Shown: positions 1-8,800 of the stretch, piece after piece
Numbering within the stretch: the first letter of the stretch is position 1
Layout: every line of letters starts with the position of its first letter
Assembly (NCBI GenBank): GCA_048938105.1
Contig: JBHLMN010000004.1
Coordinates: 256,001-320,000, forward strand
DNA length: 64,000 bases
Direction: 5' to 3'
Source: Promethearchaeota archaeon
Lineage (GTDB): Archaea > Asgardarchaeota > Heimdallarchaeia > Hodarchaeales > Hodarchaeaceae
Position numbers and translations under genes: made by a program
Notes under the pieces: generated by a model
The model's database searches: none
What the model was told of the DNA's origin: nothing
Seen by the model: the letters and a program-made list of their open reading frames with translations, nothing else

Positions 1-299
1 GGGAAAAGACAGGCATCACAGAAAGGATCAGACTGCCTATAGAGGGTGCAATAAAAGACAGGGGATGGAGACGTAATCCGAGTGAAGTAGACACAATCAA
101 TATCGAATTTTTTATCCCGGGCAACTTCAAGACTCCCCGTAGGAGCGGCCACAAACTGGTCACAGCGGGCAGGACAGGGCTCATTCCAGAGTTTAAATTG
201 AAGACAAAAACCCACGGCGCCATCACGGGAAGTAACCATGAAAAGACACTCGCGAAAGATAGCAGACGGCACCACGAGCCAAACCCGCTCCGTAAACAT
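1..299 (-). CDS. Cys-rich small protein with two tandem 4-Cys units, putative Zn/Fe-S binding; runs off the window edge
   Basis: Not in the ORF track. Manual translation from ATG 299: MFTERVWLVVPSAIFRECLFMVTSRDGAVGFCLQFKLWNEPCPARCDQF...DIDCVYF...FYCTLYRQSDPFCDACLF, giving C-x13-C-x9-C-x3-C-x22-C-x14-C-x9-C-x2-C. GGTG lies upstream. Homologous to 764-952 and 58790-59116. Confidence 0.75.
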   Translation of the reverse strand, partial: MFTERVWLVVPSAIFRECLFMVTSRDGAVGFCLQFKLWNEPCPARCDQFVAAPTGSLEVARDKKFDIDCVYFTRITSPSPVFYCTLYRQSDPFCDACLF

Positions 300-435
300 A
301 GACACCACCGTGTACCATAAATAGATTATGAGGGGCTCAGGGAAGACGACAAAATAACTCCTACTTAAGGAAGTAGGAGGAGCTAGTGTCTCCGCTGACG
401 TTGTTCAAGCTTGAGATGATAGGTTCCTAGCTTCA

Positions 436-636
436 TTATTTATTCATTTTCGCTTGTATATGGTAGTTTATAATTCTACCAAGTGATGTAATGAGGAACC
501 ATATAAAAAAGAATAGGAGGAAGAATTCTCCCAATTTTTCACCTGTACCTGTAAAAGGGCCGCTGTTAACGACGTCATTCATGTATGGTTTTTTGCTTAT
601 TATGTTAATAATAATTTCTATTCCTTTTTTGATCAT
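436..636 (-). CDS. small hypothetical single-TM protein
   Basis: 66-aa ORF with one hydrophobic segment (FFLLFFFIWFLITSL); no family recognised. Confidence 0.35.
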   Translation of the reverse strand: MIKKGIEIIINIISKKPYMNDVVNSGPFTGTGEKLGEFFLLFFFIWFLITSLGRIINYHIQAKMNK

Positions 637-763
637 TTTATAATATTCTATCCTTGAATAATTAATTCAGGACTAAAACCAGCCATCCATTTATAAAGCG
701 AGGAAAAACCAAACTGTTTGAAATCTATGTTAAAAAATAGTTGAAGACTCCAAGTCCTAAGAA

Positions 764-952
764 TTATGAGATAGTATACAATTTGGCCTTCGCTTGATCC
801 AAACTCCTTGGGATTTCCGGAATGAAATGACTACAAGAGTGAGAACAGGGTTCATTCCAGAGTTTAAATGTAATGCTGAGCCACATCGTGCCATTAACAG
901 AGGTCAACAAGGACATATAGCGTTTAACGCGCTCATCCGGCACCATAGGCAA
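764..952 (-). pseudogene. degenerate, truncated paralog of the Cys-rich protein at 1-299
   Basis: FKLWNEPCSHSCSHF vs FKLWNEPCPARCDQF. Shared DNA TCATTCCAGAGTTTAAA at 181 and 852. The first two Cys are lost and the ORF stops (YTIS*) where the intact copy reads FDIDC. Confidence 0.65.
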
Positions 953-1142
953 AACCTAATCCACAACCAAGCGCAAAAACACCTCGGACGAGGGGGAGTT
1001 CAAGGATATCGGACAAACCCACTCTATAATTGGATTGATAGAACAACATAAATACTAGAAATGACAATTAGATCTACGAAACGGAATCCATTTGTAGCCA
1101 TAAAATTTCTGGATGGGATAAATATTTCTACAACACTTCTAT

Positions 1143-2096
1143 TTGAGTGGAATTAGAATGGTAAGTGAACGATGGGGAACTTTGTCTGTTAGAGATCATC
1201 TCAACCCTGAACAATTAGCTATCGATCTCTTGCTCTATGATAGATTGGTTTTTCCATACCCAGGGGAACCGATGTATCATGATCAGACCGCTTTTGAAGA
1301 ATGGGAAGCTAGACGATGGCACCCAATCAAACTAAAGGAAATCTGTACAGAGTTAGGAACTCTAGCAATATTAAGGCCATGGGATAAAGAGAGGAGAGAG
1401 AGATATAAGAAAAGATTACAGGTACTCAAGGGTATAAATCTGGATGCAAAAGAGATTGTGGATGAATCCAAAAGATCTAATTTAGCAGAAGAAGAATACT
1501 ACGATATTACGCGTCAAATCTTAGCACTCGAACAGCCAATCTTGCCTAAAAATGTTTCTTACGTAAATGTTGTGGCTGCGTATCGTTCGAGAAGGAAATG
1601 TATTCTGGATTTTCAAAATAAGGAAAATGAGATTACAAAAAAACCAAGACTTTCATTTTTGATTGGGCAAAAAATTGCTATTCCCGAATTCTCATCACCA
1701 AGAAAAGCAATCGATGAAGTCTTATCCTTGGTAAGAAAAGATGACTTCAGAAGAAAAAGACGAGAATTATATGAATGGCAGGAAAAAATGATTTCAAAAG
1801 ATATACCTGTAGAAAGTGCTGTTATCGAGATGAATGAGCTTGTACAACAGTATAATGACATAATTAAAAATGCAAAAAAGGTACGAAAATACAAATTAGC
1901 CTTTACTCTGATAAAAAGCGGGATTAGTGCAGCAGCTGCAGCATTTGTCCCAATTGCGGTTGGACTAGCATTCGTGGATATTGCCCACTTTCTATTTTTT
2001 GATCGAAAACTTCAATTTGATCCAGGTGAAAACAAACCTGCTGCAATGATCCATGATATTCAAACAAAGTTAGGGTGGTCGTGGAAGGGAATCTAA
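1143..2096 (+). CDS. hypothetical protein with C-terminal hydrophobic hairpin
   Basis: 317-aa clean ORF; N-terminal WGTLSVRDHL...DLLLYDRLVFP; C-terminal SAAAAAFVPIAVGLAFV segment. Confidence 0.7.
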   Translation: MSGIRMVSERWGTLSVRDHLNPEQLAIDLLLYDRLVFPYPGEPMYHDQTAFEEWEARRWHPIKLKEICTELGTLAILRPWDKERRERYKKRLQVLKGINLDAKEIVDESKRSNLAEEEYYDITRQILALEQPILPKNVSYVNVVAAYRSRRKCILDFQNKENEITKKPRLSFLIGQKIAIPEFSSPRKAIDEVLSLVRKDDFRRKRRELYEWQEKMISKDIPVESAVIEMNELVQQYNDIIKNAKKVRKYKLAFTLIKSGISAAAAAFVPIAVGLAFVDIAHFLFFDRKLQFDPGENKPAAMIHDIQTKLGWSWKGI

Positions 2097-2221
2097 CTTG
2101 TTAAAATACGGGAGATAAAACGGGAAACAGGCAATGGTATTAGTCTGTTCTCAACGGTGAGTCTTAAAAACCTGGATAATTCAAATCAAACTCAAGATAA
2201 TGCCGAAGTCAGGGAAATAGC

Positions 2222-2285
2222 GAAAAAAGAAAGAGTGAGGCTTTGTCGGAACTAATGAACAATCGTTTTGTAACGACAAAGCCTC
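2222..2285 (-). terminator. hairpin (12-bp perfect inverted repeat) plus U-tract
   Basis: GAGGCTTTGTCG (2237-2248) / CGACAAAGCCTC (2274-2285), followed on the minus strand by CTCTTTCTTTTTTC, just downstream of the stop at 2308. Confidence 0.55.
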
Positions 2286-2307
2286 CTCATAAAAAATGCG
2301 CTATTTT

Positions 2308-2586
2308 TCATTTAGGGTGAATTACACGAACACACGCCTGAATCACGTCACGGACGAGTTGTAATCGGGTCGCGTGAGGAAGTAGGGAGATACTTTCTCC
2401 GAACAATCCCTCCAAGGTCTCTAAAATGATCTTAAGAGCCTGCTCTTCTTCTCGAAGAAGATAAGTTGCTGGGTAATCCTGTATTTTCTGATGAAAAGTG
2501 TGTAAATCAAGGGGTATGATAATCATCTCCTTATTTCGAGGAGGAAAGATATCTTTGAACGTGCAAGATACCTTTTTAAACAGGCA
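2308..2586 (-). pseudogene. 5'-truncated gene fragment
   Basis: The frame of ORF 2308-2526 stays open upstream (FKKVSCTFKDIFPPRNKE) to a stop at about 2587 without an ATG; looks like a C-terminal remnant. Confidence 0.35.
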
Positions 2587-2782
2587 TTAAGGAATTTTAC
2601 CCGCTAAGAACTAACCAACCAATAGCACTGAAAATATACTAGACATGAAATCATACAGCAAACTGCTGTAATTAAATCTGATATGTTTAGAGCAATTAGA
2701 TAGCCGTCCTGTTGGAGAAATTGTTTGTGATTGGTTAGAATTGACTGAATAAGTGATTGTTTAAAACAAGTTAGAGTAATAT

Positions 2783-2902
2783 ACGCATGTTCCTGACGTG
2801 AATCATTCTGAGGTATTTTAGTGAGTAATGTGCGTTTGGGAGAGTTTCTTAGCTACATCTGGAACCCTTGTATCAAACAAGGAAAGAACCAGTGTAATTA
2901 AG
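2783..2902 (+). ncRNA. candidate structured 5' leader of SMP-like microprotein copy 1
   Basis: ACGCATGTT/AATGTGCGT stem (with G-U pairs), then a long irregular hairpin CTTAGCTACA-T-CTGG-AAC-CCTTGT-ATCAA-ACAAGG-AAAGAA-CCAG-TGTAATTAAG. Confidence 0.35.
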
Positions 2903-2922
2903 CAAAAAATAGGAGATAGAAA

Positions 2923-3051
2923 ATGACAAAGAAAAAGACCCCCATGACAAAAGAAGCTGCTCGACGGATTCAAAGTGCTGCTGATCGTTCAGGGAAACAG
3001 CAGGACTTCAAAGCACGCGCCATGAGAGCTGCTTCTAAAAAGAAGAAATAA
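2923..3051 (+). CDS. 42-aa basic SMP/LEA-like microprotein (copy 1)
   Basis: MTKKKTPMTKEAARRIQSAADRSGKQQDFKARAMRAASKKKK*. AGGAGA Shine-Dalgarno at 2911, own terminator, and a near-identical paralog at 50665-50787 that differs by many synonymous substitutions. AARRIQSA...A.RA..AA resembles seed maturation protein (SMP) repeats. Confidence 0.85.
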   Translation: MTKKKTPMTKEAARRIQSAADRSGKQQDFKARAMRAASKKKK

Positions 3052-3497
3052 GTAGAGGAGAATTCCTCCTCTTTTTCTTTTTTCCACCCCAGATTAAATA
3101 CTGATCCCATACTTTGTGTATGCTTTAGAACATTATAGGTATTTTTCCGAAGATAATCAATTCGTTTCTTCAATTCACCAGATATATATCCCTGTGTATG
3201 CATTTTCTCTAATAATTTTTGAAAATTCCTTTCATCAATATATGTTTTCAAGGATGTTTCTATAGCTGCACTAATTGCAAGGATTGTAGCTGAATATAAT
3301 CCATAATAATAAGCTCTTTCCGCTTCAGTCCGTAAAATTCTGATATTAGGTAACTCACTCTCGCTATAATCTAGATACCTATTATAGAGATCAACGACTA
3401 TTCCATATCGGTTATAATAATCAGATACTTGCTTCAGCTCATTTCTTAGAAAATCGTCCTTATTTATTCCAATATGTTGATTCTTTTTTTTTTGCAT
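2970..3497 (-). pseudogene. HEPN/DUF4145-like protein with 3' end apparently replaced
   Basis: EAERAYYYGLYSATILAISAAIETSLK and LRKNTYNVLKH are HEPN-like helices. The last ~38 codons are the antisense read of the microprotein gene and its terminator. Confidence 0.5.
3054..3083 (+). terminator. hairpin plus U-tract terminator
   Basis: AGAGGAG-AATTC-CTCCTCT followed by TTTTCTTTTTT, immediately after the microprotein stop. Confidence 0.65.
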
Positions 3498-3851
3498 TCA
3501 TCTTAATAGCAACCAACTTTCAAACAATTATTCTACTACTCACCCTACGGATATAGTAGATATCGTCCATTCCATTTTCTCACAAATTTAATTTGTTCAG
3601 CCTCATGAAACGGCATAATATATCTATCTTTGACTGTAGAGGTTGTCGTACCAGAAAGGCTTATTAGTCTGGAAATTTAGGATTTATAAAGGGTGCTGGA
3701 TAACACCTATATGATCGTCTCATCGTATGCCTTGGGGTTGTGTCAACCAAGAAAGTCCTTTTCTGACTTGGCAGAACTCAGATGTTGATGCTGAATAAAA
3801 TGGTACCTAATGAGGATGGCAATATTTTTCTGATTATAAGGAGAATGGATA

Positions 3852-3956
3852 ATGGATTTTGGTGAAATTCTTCTTTCAATAGGCTTAATAATTTCATTCG
3901 GGTATTTTATTTGGTATATTCTTCGCTTGATCTTTTCTGATACAGAAAAACTCTGA
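3852..3956 (+). CDS. 34-aa single-TM micropeptide
   Basis: MDFGEILLSIGLIISFGYFIWYILRLIFSDTEKL*; AGGAGA lies ~8 nt upstream; below the ORF-track length cutoff. Confidence 0.5.
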   Translation: MDFGEILLSIGLIISFGYFIWYILRLIFSDTEKL

Positions 3957-4146
3957 CTGATTTCTTTCAAAAATCCTTTTCATTTTCTACTCTTTTTATT
4001 ATCTCTCTATAAAAGACTTATAAATTGAAGGGAAGTAGTTTACCTAACAAAAAAATCCAAAACGTGAACATTAAAATACAAGCAAAAAATGAAATACTTG
4101 AAATAATCTCTGTCCTAGCTTTTTTGATTGGAATTTTGTTCAGTAA

Positions 4147-4272
4147 ATCGTAAAGAATCCATCAAGAATAGATATAATATATTTTTAAGAAAGTAATAAT
4201 TTTCAATTAAACGTTCTAGCAGAATAAAATGAAATCAAATTATCGGAAAGGATCCATCAAGAGAATAGACAT
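4147..4272 (+). repeat. imperfect ~30-bp direct repeat upstream of ORF 4286
   Basis: ATCGTAAAGAATCCATCAAG--AATAGATAT (4147-4175) vs ATCGGAAAGGATCCATCAAGAGAATAGACAT (4242-4272). Confidence 0.6.
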
Positions 4273-4285
4273 TTGGTGATATATA

Positions 4286-5605
4286 TTGAGTAGAGAATTT
4301 TTAGAGATTTTTGAGGAGAAGCTAAACTTTCGATCTCAGTCTACAGACTCCAGGATGGTGAGTGTGGATTTCTTTCTTACACATATCTTACCCCAGGTTC
4401 AAGTTATTACTGTTCATAGTCCCTTTGTGCCATCTCGTAAGGGGGAGCTTGGTGGGCCTTTAAGAATTTTAACTATTCCAAAAACTTTTGATGAGACTTG
4501 GTTCGTGGGAGGTAGGAATGTAACTCCTCAAGTCCCATGTGCTGTTGTTTTTTATGGCATTGGTTTCCCCTCAGATCGTTATGACAGTTCTCCTGATGAG
4601 GATCAGATAGCTGATTTGTACTACCAAAGCATGTGGTTGAGCTCTCGAGAGGATGAGTATCCGACAATACCTAAAGATGAGGTCTTTCGGGCCATTCGGG
4701 AATCTCAAAGGGGATTACGTCAGAGGCTTAAGTGTCATGATATGTCAGTAGAGGAGATCGTGACATCTATGAGTCGGGGTTTCTGTGATGGTTGGTTAGA
4801 CATTCTTGAGACGTTGATGGCCCAAATAGTAGAAACAGGGGCAAGGGAAGCTCAAAAATTTAGTCCTAATAAAGAGTTGAGTTATCTTCTTGCCCCTGAA
4901 AATGAGGAATTGTATTGGGGGCCCACTATGGATGAATTCGAGTACTATTATCTATCCTTTCTCGATTGGGATGCAAGTTCTGATTTTAAGAATGGATGGG
5001 TAACTGCTCTCAGGCGCCAGAGACAAAATTATAAACGAGTAGCCTTAGATAGAGAGGTTTTAATGGTGGATTATCTCAAGTCATTAATTCGTGACATTAT
5101 GACAATAAAAAGGGCTTTTGGAGGACATGCTCTTTGCCCCGAGTTTCTAACACGGGGGTACCTCCAAGCAGAGCCCCTACTCATTACCCTCGTGTTTGAT
5201 GATAGTGATCGGCCCGACCCGACAGAGTACCTCCGTCAGTTTGAGGGTAAACTGAATTTCCAATCATTGTCTGGTGAGCAAAAGAAGGTTAGTACAGACG
5301 TGTTTGTTAATCACATTCTTCCCCAAGTAGTCATCTTACTCACTGATTTCACGAGAGACGAGGATGGGACGAAATATCGGGATATCGTGACGATCGGGAA
5401 AGAAGAATATGAAGACCTTTTGCAAGGGAAGTTACGTGATACTATTACTTTTCAATGGGCCATATTTGACAGAAAAACGGACTCACTTCGTTATTATATA
5501 AGTAACCTTTCAGATCACATATGCCGAATGGCAGATTACGGTTTTAATTTAGTTGAAGCTAAAAAGATTAGCAATATAATTCAGTCTCAGACTGAAGAAA
5601 ACTAA
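4286..5605 (+). CDS. hypothetical protein with internally duplicated domain
   Basis: 439 aa. N-terminal EFLEIFEEKLNFRSQSTDSRMVSVDFFLTHILPQVQVI recurs as EYLRQFEGKLNFQSLSGEQKKVSTDVFVNHILPQVVIL. Confidence 0.8.
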   Translation: MSREFLEIFEEKLNFRSQSTDSRMVSVDFFLTHILPQVQVITVHSPFVPSRKGELGGPLRILTIPKTFDETWFVGGRNVTPQVPCAVVFYGIGFPSDRYDSSPDEDQIADLYYQSMWLSSREDEYPTIPKDEVFRAIRESQRGLRQRLKCHDMSVEEIVTSMSRGFCDGWLDILETLMAQIVETGAREAQKFSPNKELSYLLAPENEELYWGPTMDEFEYYYLSFLDWDASSDFKNGWVTALRRQRQNYKRVALDREVLMVDYLKSLIRDIMTIKRAFGGHALCPEFLTRGYLQAEPLLITLVFDDSDRPDPTEYLRQFEGKLNFQSLSGEQKKVSTDVFVNHILPQVVILLTDFTRDEDGTKYRDIVTIGKEEYEDLLQGKLRDTITFQWAIFDRKTDSLRYYISNLSDHICRMADYGFNLVEAKKISNIIQSQTEEN

Positions 5606-5873
5606 ACTACAAGGACGAAGATATTTGAGAGAAGAATCATTCTTTAATACCAGTTTTAATTAAATATTGGTTAGTTTCTCCAAAATACAGAATTCATGAT
5701 GATAATTAATGAAACGAGGTTTTTTTTTCTTGATAAACATCTTTACACTTTCTGTGTATACCTTATCTTCGCGAAACTTATTCCATTTTTGTGAAGGGAG
5801 GACCATCTCATCTTATTCTTTACTTGCTGGATTTCTTGAGTTTATATGCCAAGGAAAAGAGAGAAAAAGAGGA

Positions 5874-8800
5874 TTATTTCCTCTTTTTCCAGTAGTAAAG
5901 TAAAACAGTTGGAAGTAAGGCCAGGGGAATTGAGAAAGGAGTTATTGTGGTGGTTGTAGAAGTTTCTGAGGACTCTGAGGAAGTAAGATTTGAGGTAGAA
6001 GGTTTTGTGGAAGTTGGATTTGAGGAACTAGTGGGTATAAATCGACTTTTCACAAATTCTATTTCAACCCCACCAATTAAAATCCCATCTATGTAAGCGT
6101 CGATCACATAAATGCGTTTCTCCCCTTCTTGGACATCCTCAGGGGTATTAACTGTAATTTTAATGGTTTTATTCTCCCCAGGAGTCTGGACTTGAGGGTA
6201 ATCACGTTGAATTTCGACTGGCCAAAGGTTAGCTGATCCTATTTGTCGTGCTTCGAGATAGATTAATGCAGCTTGGTCACTTGGATTAGAAAGTGTAAAA
6301 GTGGCTGTTGCAGGAGAAGAAACTGGGTGGACATGAGTATTCTCTTGACCATTATTATTATCAAAGTCAAGATCCCACGGATGATAAACAGAAATCATTA
6401 GACAGATATGACCTGTAATCGCAGGAGTCCACAATGCTTCAGCAGTTACCTCCCCATTGATAGATCCTACTCGTGCTGGTACAGTTACTTTATCATCACC
6501 GAATTTATACCATGTTTTTTGACCTGCACCCCAGAATGCCCACTCAAAGGTCACCTCAGTGTCAGTCGCTATGGCAGGCTCATCATTGAAAATTGTTGCT
6601 TTTACAGTATAAGTATGACCAACAATGAGGTCACTAGATGCAACAAGATCACTAGTTGCTGTATCTATCAGCTGAATTACTGGATTATTCCAACGAGGAT
6701 TCTCACTTCCAGGATTTAGATACCATGTATCATCTGCCCACTGGCAATAGAGATGAGGATCAGGTAAAGGTTGATTAGGAAGTCTTCTATATAAGGTTAC
6801 AGCAGTCCTTCCAGATGTACTACCTTTGGCTACTACATTTAAAAACCCTATAGACCCACTAGGAACAGTATAAGGGGAAATGGTGAACACTCCAGCGGCA
6901 TCAGTGGTTGTGGTAGTAGAGACAACATTGTCTCCGAAATAGATACTAACTGTCTCAGAGCTTCCAAAACTGGTTCCAGAAAGAGTAGCAGTAATACCTG
7001 CTGGTCCATCAGAAGGAGTAATATCAAGAGACGCACCGAGGCTTGTTACAGTAATGTCATCCTGAAAAGGAATGAAATTATGCTTAGTTACAGTTAATTT
7101 AACTGGAGTGGTTGATGGTAAAACATTAAATATGACTTCACCAGCAGGATTGGTATATTTCACTTGATGGAGGGATCCTCCATCTAAGCAAACACGAGCA
7201 TGGTCAATAGGATTTCCACCAATCAAGTCAGAGACTTTAATAATGAATTCTTGGTAACTTCCTGAACCAATAGCCTCTGGAAATTCAACCATCAATTCAG
7301 CTGGGACATCTGTCCACATCTCCATTTCTGGATCTCCAATTAAATGAAACATTTCAAAAGTTTGTTTCGTTTTAGGCTTATCATACCCGTAAACATTTGT
7401 CATATAGAATTTCCCATAATTTAACATGTGACCTAAATGATAAATTTCCCCAACATTAAATGCGGGATCAAAATCAGGCCAAATAGCATCAACCATTCCA
7501 CGTACCAATTGATCATTATATCCAGAATTGGAGTTTCTTGTTGCACCAATAGCAGCTACGGCACCACCATTTGGTTGATTAACAAATAACTCACAAATAG
7601 ATTCGAAATTTCGTGTAAGATTGCCATCATGAAATTGATCTACTTCCGAATCAAACCAACAACTTTGACATTCAATACTCAATACTACAGGTAATAACTC
7701 TCCATTAGTTAAAGCAGTAATTTGAGCATTACCAAAGAACGGATCACCCCAATGATCAGTATTGCACCACCAAGAACTAAATTCATGGTTCCAGAAATTT
7801 CTACTCCCAGCGTGATCTCGATGATAAACAAAGAAGCATCCATTTTGAAGGGCATTAGTAATATCGTTATCATCCCCGTTCCAAGCAAATCCATTTGTTC
7901 TAAGTAAATCGGCTGGAATGGGCAACCCTGCATCATAATCCACACTATAGTTACGAGGATCAGCAGCAGCAGCGGCAGTATAGACTCTAGTCACTGTATA
8001 ATCATTTTGAAGATAATCTCTGACTTCTTCACTTGTCAATGTGAATCGTCGGTCTTCATAATCATCAAGATCATCATCTTGAAATTGAGCAGTTGCTAAA
8101 ACATTTCGATAAAAATTAGGATCCGTAGGAGGATCTGTTTCATAACGGACGATCTTACTTGCTACTGTTTTTAATTCATCTTCTGAATTTACAGCTAATC
8201 TTCCATAATAGATATCAGGAAAATAATCCTCCCCATCTACTGTGAAATAATATAAATCGGTAGGAGTCTTATAGCCCCCATGTCCAAGTGATAAATGGGG
8301 AGTCTTATAATGTGTGGGAATAAAGTCTGAATCACCCACCAATAATACAAATGAAGGGGCAGGAGTCCAAGTTTCGTAAGCGTTCTTGATATAATTTGCT
8401 ATATCTGTAACTGTTGGATTCACTGAGGGAGGTTTGATTTCTGATGTTTTCACGATTCGTGTTAAGTATCCTTTTTCCTGTTTCCAATTTGCTAATAATT
8501 GAATTTCTTCAGTAAAAGTATCATATGCTATGATTAGATAGTCACAACCAGTTCGCTCTTGTCCTGGATATTCAATGGGATATTCTAATGGTAAGTCAAA
8601 CCTATATTGATAGTTTGGGATCATCATGTCTAACATTTCTTCAAATGCAGGAGATAATAACCTATCTGGAATTTCTTTAATTTGAGCTGGAGAATTATAA
8701 TTTACTCTCACTTCTATTTTTGAATAAGTTCTCACTTCCTTTGTAACGGGATTAAATTGAATTGGATAAAATGTTATAGGGAGTAATCGATGTCCTCGAA

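Noticed and set aside
794-1051. 85-aa plus-strand ORF and the many other 60-160-aa ORFs nested in or antisense to long genes
   Set aside because: They overlap better-supported genes on the other strand or frame and have no motifs; treated as shadows.
2091-2200. Integron attC site (ATCTAAC overlapping the stop codon; also ACCTAAC at ~49374)
   Set aside because: No complementary GTTRRRY at a suitable distance with paired L boxes, and no integron integrase in the window.
2230-2902. SECIS elements in the hairpins at 2237-2285 and 2848-2902
   Set aside because: The first lacks the 3' GA of the quartet; the second only loosely resembles GAA/A archaeal SECIS; neither follows a UGA-containing gene.
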